Shown here in pieces: positions 1 to 11,135 of a DNA stretch of 64,000 nt. The notes under the pieces are model-generated. The model ran no database searches. It was given only the letters and a program-made list of their open reading frames with translations, and was not told the origin of the DNA. This DNA is from Cycas panzhihuaensis. Its lineage: Eukaryota > Plantae > Cycadophyta. The position numbers were made by a program, and so were the translations under genes. How positions within the stretch are numbered: position 1 is the stretch's first letter; each line of letters opens with the position of its first letter. The stretch is taken from positions 137,647,741 to 137,711,740 of the forward strand of contig CM041465.1 of assembly GCA_023213395.1 (NCBI GenBank), given 5' to 3'.

Positions 1-821
1 TAGAAAGATACTTTGAGTTAAAAAGACTAGGTAGCTATACCAAGACCTCAATAACCATATATCAATTAATGAGACTTGCATTCACTTAGTGATATGACAA
101 ACTCCATAGTTACAAAACAAAAACAAAGTTTATCCCTTAGAATAAGTTAAAAAAGAAATTTTGTAATAAATTTACCTCTGAAAACTTCTTATAAGATAGT
201 CAATGTTTTTTGCAATTTAAAGTATAGAAGCCTTAACATAAGTGAGCATAAAAAAGAAATTGAAATCCTTAATAGATTTATACCTATTATCTAAGGAAAG
301 GATCGACTTATAAGATTCATTAATGGATTGAATTGAGAATATTGCACTTATGTATGAGTTCATAAGCCTAATTTAATGGACAAAGCTACAATATTTGTAG
401 AGAGATATGGAGAGCAAAGGAGGGGACAAAAAGGGAGGGAATGGTTACATGAAAGGGAAGGCACTTGCATGGGCAGTACACTTAAACACAAAAGAAAAAG
501 ATATAAAGTAAGTAGAAGGGATGATCATAAAGACTGGGATAGCAACTAAGATTATCAAAGCACTGAGACTGCTACTAGAAGCCATAATAGCTCTCAAGAG
601 GAATAATCTTACTGAGGTTTATACAAGAAATCTCCTAGGTAGTTAAGTAACTAAAATTAGGTCCAAAATTAATGAAACAAATTTAAAACTATAAATTATT
701 GGGAATGCAAAGAAGCCACAACCATAAATGCACATACATGTTATAGTTGAATTGGGTAAAATATATATGCAATTATCTTTGGTATAAGTAAACAACAAAA
801 TAAATGAACAATATTTTGTTG

Positions 822-1071
822 TGTTATGGATCTTTTCGGTAACTGGAGCACAATTTAAAAGATTCCAAAGAACACAAGTATGCTTGAAAGTAAATTTACA
901 GTGAAAAGACCAATTGGTATTGATTGATAAAAATAAGTGATGATTTTTAATACACTGGAGGCCTCATTTATCAGTGCATGACAGGCCTTTTCAATTATAA
1001 GTTACAACTCTTGGAGATGCCCTTTCACTTTAATTAACAATTACTTAATCCCTTTAAGGAGGTCTGTAACA
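822..1071 (-). repeat. 3' LTR of element 822-4488
   Basis: TGTTATGG...CTGTAACA; about 9 differences from 4239-4488; flanked by the PPT complement ATTCCTCCCCC. Confidence 0.95.
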
Positions 1072-1399
1072 ATTCCTCCCCCTTAAGATGTTTCGCCCAC
1101 GAAACATAGTCGAACGATTACAATCCCTTAAACATATGATGTCCTTCATTGTAGTGGAGTCCATTAAGTGATTAGACGAATGTTGCAGGTATTTATTGGA
1201 AGATTCCTTTGGGTGAAAATCTCAACAGTATTTTTGGAGTGCTTGTGGTTGCCTTTTTACTTCTTCACCCTAATTCTCATGTAATATGACTTTAGTTTTG
1301 TTTGATCTTTTTCTTGATAATGTGATGGTTCTTCTTTCTTTCTTAAATCACATAAACTACTCGTCCATATTCATTTTGAAGGTTCTAAGTGTACTGAGC

Positions 1400-3200
1400 C
1401 ATTGACTGCCCAATACAATATCTACACCTCTGACATCAACAACGTAGAAATCTTCTATAATGCTGATGTCGTTTAGCATGATGTTAAGGTTCTTCATTAT
1501 ACCTTGGCCAGAGATTACCTGCCTTCCTCCAACAGTGACATGGAAACGAGGAGTCCTTAATGGAAATAACCTCAGTTATTGTGCGCAGTTTCGATCAATA
1601 AAATTATGTGTGCTACCTAAATTTATCAATATTGTTACAACTTGATTTTTAATAGATCCTTGCAATTTTAAGGTATTTGATTGATTAAAACTACTCATAT
1701 ATGATAGTGACATTTGTGGATGGTCGTCATCGAGATTACTGTGGCTTTCTTGATGTTCTGCATGATAACAATTTCTTTGATTATTTTTAGATTCTTGTTC
1801 TTCTTCGTCAATATTGCCATTTGGCAGTAATCTGATTGTATATAGATGGTTCTTTTGACATCTATGCGCAGGTTCCCACTTTTCCTCACATCTGAAGCAT
1901 AGGTTTCTTCTTCTTAACTCTTCTTGTTCTATTTTTGTTTTTTGAATGATTAGTTTGGCAGGTTAATTGATTGACAATTGTTTATGCTGAACGCTTGGTA
2001 AAGGATTATGTCGACCAGGTGGAGGAATATAGAGATCTATGCCTATTTTGTATAAGGTATTGTATTTATCTTCATGTATTTTGGCTAACTGTATTACTTT
2101 GTTAAGGTCCTTTGGTTCTTGAATTTTAACATCATCTTGGATCTCTGTTTTTAGACCATCTATATATAACTAAATAAGTCGATTAGTCAGAATATCTTCT
2201 AACATATAACTTAGCCTCATGAATGTTGCACTATATTCTTCCACAGAACCAGTTTATTTTAATTTTCATAACTCACAATAATAATCACGATTATATACGA
2301 TTTCAAATCGTTTAATGAATAAATGCACAAATTCTTTCTAGATTGGTAATTGATCTAGGAATGAAGTTTGCTCGAGACACTGCCACCATTTACACGCTAT
2401 GTCATCCATGTGTAGGGTGGCTAACGAAACTTGCTCTTAATCTCCATTAAGTGGAAATAGTTTTCCATTTGTTGTATCCACACTCTTGGCTCATGCGACT
2501 TTTGCTCCATACTGAAACATTGTATGGTATTTTTTTTTCTTTTTCTATGTTTGAATACTTTGTAAGCAATTAAAGTATGCTTGAAAACCCACTATATTAT
2601 GTTCTTCAGGGGTCAGATTGTGATACTCATTAAGGTATTTTTTGATAGCTTCATTCTCAGTATTAATTGGAGTCGTCTCAAGACTGGAATATTTTTTAAC
2701 AATATGATTTCTGATATGGGACTGTCGACTCATTGCCTCATCCTCTGAATTTGGAACAATCATGTCTTCTTTTCCATCCATTGCTAAGATTATCAATTTA
2801 TCTAAGATCTAATGTAATGTATGATTTAAGAGAACATTTGATGTCTGGATTGCTTCGTAGACTGCTTGAGTGATCGGTTTGACAATATCCTTTTGAATGG
2901 TATTATCTACCATATCTTCAGTATTCATTATTTTAATGATTGTATAAGTACTTCAATGATCCCCTTCTGTAACTATGCACCAATTTGTCAAATTTATACT
3001 AACTCTTGTCAAGAAGATATCGATTGAATACGTATATGTGAGCACAATATAAGAATTGTCAAGATAAGCTTTAGTGTTTATCAGAGTTATAGTTCCTCCA
3101 CCGCCTAATATTTGACTGATGATATATTTCGTTTTTAAAATTGTATGTTTCACCTTTAAAGCTTGTATAAATTGGGGCAATAATTTGACAATAATTAAAT
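1400..3200 (-). pseudogene. Disrupted ORF: N-terminal extension, Gag, CCHC knuckle, aspartic protease
   Basis: Minus-strand motifs WIQQMENYF and LATLHMDDIACKWWQC (gag), LCFRCEEKWEPAHRC (~1860-1915), TILINLGSTHNFIDR (~1590-1640). Several stops and frameshifts. Confidence 0.85.
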
Positions 3201-3238
3201 GTTTGATTTGTTAAGAACGTAATGAGAGATTTAACTTA

Positions 3239-3239
<1 letters not shown>

Positions 3240-3291
<52 letters not shown>
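3240..3291. repeat. (TA)n microsatellite, ~26 units
   Basis: Read directly. The paralogous locus at 61704-61777 has ~37 units. Confidence 0.97.
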
Positions 3292-3296
<5 letters not shown>

Positions 3297-4224
3297 GGGG
3301 TATTAATACAATATTAAAGGCTCATTATGTTAACAAACGTGAATTAAGTGATATTTAATATATGATATCAATAAGGTAAAATAATATATGAATAACTTAT
3401 ATATAATAGATGAGATGAATATTATTTAAATGTTATTAGAGATATAATTTAAAGGGTCGTAAACGTAGGGTTTTAAAAGGTGACACCAATGTATAATATA
3501 TATTACACTAGGTAAGGATACACGTAAAAATTGCTAGAGTTATTACAATGCATGATATGAAGCGATTTATAATATATGGATAACGCAATAGAGCAAGGCA
3601 AATTTTTGAATGATATATGCACACCCGCAACTGACAAAAATGACTACGTGGCTGTAAGAGGTAATAGATGCAACTGGAAGAGATGATAATAGCAGTGAAT
3701 CTACTAACCAGTTAAGAGAAATTAAATGAGACGAGCAAAAAATCAAGGATGCGGAGAATGAAGAGATGTAAGCAGAACAAGATGACCTCTGATAATGGAA
3801 GGAAAAGATGAATGGATGACGATGAAGGAAGACTATGCAATAATAGAGAACAATAGCAAAAACAGGCAGGAATGATGAACGTAGGAAATGATTTTAACAA
3901 TGATGGAATGTAGACGCACAAACCTGTAACGTCCAAAAACGATGGTGACACATATGTGTGTTGGAAAACACACCGCAAATATGTATATATGAATTACGTG
4001 AGGGTGAACTTCGTAATACATACGTACACTGGTATGGACCCAACAAACTAAATCACTGTGTAGCCGCAATGGACTGCACGTTGGATGTTAATAGTTTGTA
4101 ATAATGTGTAGTGTGGAGGAGACAGAGGATACAACACAGGCCTCCAATGACGACAGGAACGAGGAGATAAATGAAACATGACGGAAGATTATTGCACATA
4201 TATGATGGAAAAGTTGAGGAGAGT

Positions 4225-4236
4225 GCTTTGATACCA
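4225..4236 (-). promoter_or_regulatory. Primer binding site (tRNA-iMet type)
   Basis: Reverse complement TGGTATCAAAGC, 2 nt inside the 5' LTR. Confidence 0.9.
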
Positions 4237-4238
4237 CT

Positions 4239-4488
4239 TGTTACGGATCTTTTCCGTAACTGGAGCACAATTTAAAAGATTCCAAAGAACACAAGTACGC
4301 TTGAAAGTAAATTTGCAGTCAAAAGACCAATTGGTATTGATTGATAAAAATAAGTGATGATCTTCAATACACTGGAGGCCTCATTTATAAGTGCATGATA
4401 GGCCTTTTCAATTATAAGTTACAACTCTTGGAGATGCCCTTTCACTTTAATTAACAATTACTTAATCCCTTTAAGGAGGTCTGTAACA
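4239..4488 (-). repeat. 5' LTR of element 822-4488
   Basis: TGTTACGG...CTGTAACA followed by TSD TGTTG. Confidence 0.95.
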
Positions 4489-5507
4489 TGTTGCTTTTGA
4501 AGAGTTAAGGAGTACTTATGACTTTATTTCTTCAAAATTAGTAAGAAAATTAAACTTAGTACCTATGAAAAAAGAACCTACTTGGGTTGAATCAGTTGAC
4601 GATGAAACACTTAGGTAAACTAACTTTAAGGGCAAATGGTGAGATGAACTTTTCTCCCTTTCTATTCCCTTATGTCTAACATTTATCATTAGTCATAACA
4701 ACCATTCTAAATAATAGGATTCAAAGGAAAGAACGTGGCATGGTCAACTGCAAATTGTTATAGTGATTGAAATACTAGCTTGATTATGACTATAATAATA
4801 CAACTATTATAACTACTTTAAGACATACTAATTAGTAAATATGGATAATAGACTCGACCTTACATCGATTATAGAAAAGAACTGGGTCTTAGAAAAAAGC
4901 TTAGAAAAGATGATAAGTAGTAGAATTAAAACTTAAGTTAGAAAATAAGGGAAGGGAATACTTGATGAATAATGATATGTTAAATGAAGAGCAATATCAA
5001 GACAAGCATGGATTTATGAAGTCAAGTATAGGAGGATCCACATCAAATAGTAAGAAAAGTGAAAGCACAACAATAATAAGGAACGATAAAAATGGGGCAA
5101 GGGGCAAAAACAAAGAAGGAACGTTAAGGAGGGAACATAAACCACAAAGTAAAAAGAATGTAAGTAGATGGAGAAACAAGGCATAAAGAAAGCATACAAA
5201 GAAAGGTGAATCAAATAGAAGCTTTGAAAGATTAGGGACTGCCTCTAGCTTGAAGGACACTTATAGTTCTAATAGCCTCAATGAGTTTAATATGTAATCT
5301 TAATCGAGTCTAGAAAGACGACATCACTTGTTATGAACTAATAGTTGCACATTTTTAGGTGAACTAACATGTTTATTGGGTAATGGCAACCTTTTACATC
5401 ATATTTAAAATGTAGAAGATCAAAGTAGGTTATTGTGGTGTCTTATTTTGGAGCATTTGTTATTTGTTGGCTAGCATAGGCAGTAGTGATTCTAAGAGGA
5501 GCCCTTG

Positions 5508-6052
5508 TGTAGCATTCCTAAATATGGTCATAAATATAGCTTATGACCATTCAAATCAAAGGTCTCTGAATGACGATTCCAACGATCCAGACGAAAGTTA
5601 ATTCTGACATATGTATCAAAAGTTATGACCATTTAAAGTTGGCCTACCAGTTTTTGGAGAAGTCCTGGCCGACTTCTATTGGTGCAGTATTAAGAATAAT
5701 ATCATCTTTTCTGGCTGACTTGTATTGCTATCCATTGGCCGCCTATTTAAGGAGGATGTGCGGCCTCATTTCATCATCATCAAAGAAGTCTTGGACTGCA
5801 ATATTTTTGGCCCTTTTGAGGAGCTTGTGGAGGGAACCTCGCCTCGAAGAGGGATTCTTTATCGTCAGTAATTTGCAGGATCTTTTGGTAACGTTGTATC
5901 TATTACTTTATATTCATTTCATACCATTTTATATTTGTATTCAAGTGGATTTGTATTATTGCTCTCTTGATTGGATATTTTGCAAGTGCATTTGGTGGAT
6001 ATTTTGTCTATTTCTATAAAATCTGTTAAAAGAATTCTGTGAGGTTGCTACA
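5508..6052 (+). repeat. 5' LTR of the Reina-like element
   Basis: Direct repeat of 10599-11135, followed by the PBS. Confidence 0.95.
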
Positions 6053-6166
6053 AGTGGTATCAGAGCCTCGTTCGAAGCAGGCATTTGGCGTGTCTCTGTA
6101 AGAAATATCTGAGAAACTTTTTTCAATAGAACGGAGTTAAGGTCAGGAAAAACCACAATAGGAAAA

Positions 6167-9100
6167 ATGGTGCTCCAAGCCTCCCAGGGAATCGAGGACG
6201 TGTCAAAAAGTGTGGAGCATTTGGATGGTAGTATTGCGCTAATGCAAACCCAGTACAAGGAATTGAAATCGAATATACAAGAAATTCGTGATATTCTGTT
6301 GGCTCCAAAAAAAGATTTTGGATTTCAAAGTAGAGATAAAGAAGAGGAGCAGAGCCAAGAAGAAGGGGAATACTTAGGAGATCAGGTTGGGCTCGGTCTT
6401 AAGGGAACTAAATTTCAGCTAGAAAAGTTTGACCCAGATAGATCACGAGATATTCGTAGTTGGGTGATCTGAGATGGAGGTCTACTTCAAAACCACCCCT
6501 TTAACCAATAAAGAAAAATTGGTGGTGGCAGTGTTGCACTTATACGGAAAAGCCTTACAATTTTTTCATTGGTGGCAAAGAAATTATGAGGAAACAATCC
6601 ACTACAATTGGATTTTTTTAAGAAGTCTCTATTCCAAAGAATATGAAGATACAACGAAAACGGATTATTTCCCGACTTACTAGGTTACAATAGGTCGACG
6701 GTACAATCTTATCTTGAGCAGTTCAAGCCTTGCATAGTATGGTGGATGCCCATATTAGTGAACCTCAACTCGTAGAAGTATACATAGCGGTCTTGAGGTA
6801 ATATCGGTGTCGACTAAAGACCATGGAAGTGAGCTTCTGGCCGATGCCATACGCCATGCCAGGGAACATTGAGCGAGAATTTAGAGAAGGAAGATAAAGT
6901 TTCGATTCGTGACCGAAGTTTGAAAGACCTCCTAGCCAGCAATTTAAACCAAATTGGACACAGTCGGGAACTAAAGTGAGTGCTCCTACGGGGGAGAAAA
7001 AAGATGAACAAATGTCAAGAGCAGAACACATCAAGAATGGAACATATTTTCGTTGTGGAGGAAAGTATAATCGGGAATATATATGCCCTCCTAAGAAAAT
7101 GTTCATGATGAATAATAAGGAAGACCCTCTCCTAGATCAAACTATGGATGAAATTACAGAAGAGGAAGCATTGGTCCAAGAAGACGAGGCCCAGATAGAG
7201 GAGTTATTGAATACAAACCTAGACAATATTTAGATATCACTTCAAGCCATCACTGGGGAGACGCGCACACCACAAACATTGAGATTTCGAGGGTTAATAA
7301 AAAATGCGGAGGTTTCCATTTTGGTAGATAGTGGTAGTACACACAATTTCATAAATCGCCCTACTGCAGAAAAGTTAGGTCTCATAGTACAACTACTTAA
7401 TATATTCCAAGTGGCAATAGCAAATGGTAGGACTATGCCTTGTGGTGGTTATTGCCAACAAGTAAGCTTACGTATTGCAAAGTACTCAACCACATCTTGC
7501 ATGTTTGCTATGCCTATTGGCAGGGTTGATGTGGTTCTAGGAGTACAATGGCTTCAAACCTTGGGAAATATTGTTACCAACTTTCGGACGCGGTTTATGT
7601 GTTTTCACCAAAAGGGACGTAAGTACAAGCTAGAGGCTCCCGACATTCCTCCAGTACAATTGGTATCATCTCAACATATGGAAAAGATACTTCAAAAAAA
7701 TCCCACTTCGTTCATGATTTCCTGTTATAAGATAGCGTGGAAAGAAGTTCCCATGGAGGTACAAGAACTAATTGACCAATATAGTAAGGTTTTTGAGGAA
7801 CTACCACCTGAACTTCCTCCTAGTCGTGGATATGAGCATGCGATTGATTTGGTTCCTCAATCGGCCCTTGTTAATATCAAGCCATATAGGCACCCATTCC
7901 ATCATAAACAAGAGATTGAACACATCACTCAAGATCTTCTCCAACAAGGAATCATCGTCCCAAGTAGTAGGCCCTTTGCATCTCCAGTTATAATTGCACG
8001 AAAGAAAAATGGATCATATCGTATGTGTGGAGATTATCGGGCTCTCAATAAATTAACGATCAAGAATAGATACCCGATTCCTCGTATCGATGACCTTTTG
8101 GATGAACTTCATGGAGCAAAGTTCTTCTCAAAAATTGATCTACGCTCCGGATACTATCAGATTCGCATCAAAGAGGAAGACACACATAAGACGACTTTCC
8201 ACACACATGAAGGGCTATTCGAATTTCGGGTTATGCCTTTTGGGCTGACGAATGCCCCTGCAACGTTTCAAAATATGATGAACCAGATCCTCAGGCTGTA
8301 TATTCGAAATTTTGTGCTAGTTTTTTTTTATGATATTCTAATCTATAACCGTTCTTGGTAGGAGCATCTCCAACACATACAGATCATCCTCCAATTATTA
8401 CAAAACCAACAATTGTTCGCGAACAAAAAGAAATGTACATTTGGGCAAACAGAGCTAGAATATTTGGGGCATATAATATCTTCCGAAGGAGTGCGAATTG
8501 ACCCAAAGAAGATCGAGGCGATTATCAATTGGCCCACACCTAAGAATGTTACGGGAGTTCGAGGATTCTTAGGAGCCACCAGTTTCGTACGCAAATTTAT
8601 CAAGGGTTATGCTCATATAGCTGTGCCTCTAACAGATTTGACAAGAAAAGAGGCATTTAAATAGGATCAATTAGCGGAAGCGGCATTCCAACAACTAAAG
8701 ACAGCTATGATTACGGCCCCAGTCCTTGCACTACCACAATTCTCAAAATCCTTTACTATTGAATGTGACGCCTCTAGTTTTGGGTTGGGAGCAGTTTTAC
8801 TACAAGAAGATCGACCACTAGCATATGAAAGTTGTAAGCTCAATAGCCGTGAGCGCCTCAAACTAATATACGACAAAGAAATGCTAGCGATTATGCATGC
8901 CATCCAACAGTGGTGATAATATTTGCTAGGAAATAAATTTATCGTCAAGACTGATCACGACAGTCTGAAATATTTCCTGAATAAAAAATCCTTAATAGAT
9001 GAACAACAAAAGTGGGTTAGCAGATTACAAGCATTTGACTTTTCGATAGTTTACAAGAAAGGAAAGGAGAACATCATAGCAGATGCATTATCAAGATCCG

Positions 9101-10568
9101 TAGCAGAAGATCATGAAGAGGATAAAGCATCATTAAAAGCCATTACCATAATTAGCCCAGCATGGACGGAGGAACTAGTCAAAGGTTACGACAAGGACAC
9201 TCATTCTCAAAAGGTGCTGCAAAAAATCAAGGAAGGACTTAATACCAAGTACTCTCTCCAAGGAAATTTAATCTTGCGAAAAGGTAAGATGCTAGTGCCT
9301 GTAATTAAAACAAAGATCTTAGAGGAGGCCCATGCGTCACCAGTGGGAGGCCGTACAGGAGTAGACAAAACTTATCGCAAAGTTCGAGAAAATTTCTTCT
9401 GGAAAGGAATGAAAGAAGAAATACAGAAGTTTGTAGCAGAATGTGATCACTGCCAAAGAAACATAGGAGAGAATGTAAAAGCTCCAGGTCTTCTTCAGCC
9501 TCTACCAATTCCAAAATAAAGATGGGAGGAGATATCTATGGACTTCATCACGGGGCTGCCAAAATCAGAAGGTAAGGATACTATTTTTGTTGTTGTGGAT
9601 CGACTAACCAAATATGCACATTTTAGGGGAACTCAAGCAACAGCAAAAGCTCCTCAAATAGCAGAGTTATTCATCAAGGAGATATATCATCTCCATGGGT
9701 TTCCAAAAGTGATAGTTAGCGATGGCGATCCCAAATTCACCAGTCATTTCTGCAAGAATTGTTCAGATTAGCAGGCACGAAGCTTAATATGAGTTCCGCG
9801 TATCATCCGCAATCAGACGGTCAAACAGAAGCCGTAAATAAATGCATAGAGGGTTATCTACGTAATTTCACCACTCAAAGCCCACTTCAATGGCACAAAT
9901 GGCTTCATTTAGCAGAATGGTGGTATAATACAACTTACCACACTTCGGCCAAGATGTCCCCTTTTCAAGCATTATATGGATTTGAACCGTCATCCATTCT
10001 TAATTGGACCCAGGCATCCAAAGTACAATCAATTGAAGAGTATCACCAACAGTCAAGGCAGATACTGGATACCTTAAAAGATAACTTGAACTTAGCTCGC
10101 AATCGAATGAAGCAACAAGCTAATCTTCAAAGAATAAAGTGTTCATTCGAGGTAGGAGACTGGGTTTTTCTGCGATTACAACCCTACAAGCAGAATAGCC
10201 TAAAACAAACAGGGAGAAATAAACTTCAACTAAAATTTTTTGGACCCTATAAAATTGTGGCTAAAATTGGAGATGTAGCCTACAAATTAGAGCTTCCCCC
10301 AGATTGCTGAATACACAATACATTCCACGTTTCTTCCCTGAAGAGGAAGTTAGGAGAAAGGGTACCAATCCAGATAGAACTTCCAATATTAGATGAGGAA
10401 GGAGGACTATCAATTGAACTAGAAGGTATCCTTCAGAAACGTACCAAAAGGTTGCATTCTCATGAAATCACAGAATATCTTATCAAATGGAAAACAATGG
10501 ACAATAGTGAAGCCACATGGGAATATGAAGAATGGATACAACAGTACAAAAATTTACCTATGCTTTGA
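6167..10568 (+). pseudogene. gag-pol polyprotein with stops and frameshifts
   Basis: Protease [12 protein letters not shown]; [15 protein letters not shown] and [13 protein letters not shown], catalytic motif mutated to FFYDILIY; RNase H ECDASSFGLGAVL; integrase H-C-C region, MDFITGLP and GPY; chromodomain EYLIKWKTMDNSEATWE. Confidence 0.95.
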
Positions 10569-10598
10569 GGGCAAAGCATGTTTTGAGGGGGGAAGACT

Positions 10599-11135
10599 TG
10601 TAGCATTCCTAAATATGGTCATAAATATAGCTTATGACCATTCAAATCAAAGGTCTCTGAATGACGATTCCAACGATCCGACGAAAGTTAATTCGACATC
10701 CGTATCAAAAGTTATGACCATTTAAAGTTGGCTGCCGATTTTGGAGAAGTCTGGCCGACTTCTATTGGTGCGATATAAGAATAATATCATCTTTTCTCGC
10801 CAACTTGTATTGCTATCCATTGGCCGCTTATTTAAGGAGGATTTGGCCTCATTTCATCATCATCGAAGAAGTCTTGGACTGCAATATTTTCGGCCCTTTT
10901 GAGGAGCTTGTGGAGGGAACCTCGCCTTGAAGAGGGATTCTTTATCGTTAGTAATTTGCGGGATCTTTTGGTAACGCTGTATCTATTACTTTATATTCAT
11001 TTCATACCATTTTATATTTGTATTCAAGTGGATTTGTATTATTGCTCTCTTGATTGGATATTTTGCAAGTGCATTTGGTGGATATTTTGTCTATTTCTAT
11101 AAAATCTGTTAGAAGAATTCTGTGAGGTTGCCACA
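10599..11135 (+). repeat. 3' LTR of the Reina-like element
   Basis: Preceded by the PPT and followed by TSD CCTTG. Confidence 0.95.

Larger units (their letters stand above)
822..4488 (-). mobile_element. Non-autonomous Ty3/Gypsy LTR element with gag and protease only (TR-GAG-like), 3.67 kb
   Basis: Two 250-bp TG..CA LTRs (822-1071, 4239-4488), 5-bp TSD TGTTG (817-821, 4489-4493), tRNA-Met PBS at 4225-4236, PPT at ~1072-1086. Gag, Zn-knuckle and protease motifs present; no RT/RH/IN. Confidence 0.92.
1..4623 (+). mobile_element. Old degenerate Ty3/Gypsy gag-protease remnant (tandem unit 1), interrupted by the element at 822-4488
   Basis: 1-821 plus 4489-4623 aligns with 11395-12427 and 58476-59289. 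It is decayed gag/protease-like sequence, with the insertion splitting the protease-like region. Confidence 0.6.
5508..11135 (+). mobile_element. Full-length Ty3/Gypsy chromovirus (Reina-like), 5.6 kb
   Basis: LTRs 5508-6052 and 10599-11135 (TGTAGC..CA), TSD CCTTG (5503-5507, 11136-11140), PBS TGGTATCAGAGC 6055-6066, PPT GAGGGGGGAAGAC ~10585-10597. Domain order gag-PR-RT-RH-IN-chromodomain. Empty site visible at ~58215-58230. Confidence 0.95.

Noticed and set aside
5570-6019. 149-aa ORF, partly repeated at 10899-11102
   Set aside because: It lies entirely within the LTR, is not preserved in full in the other LTR and has no domain motif.
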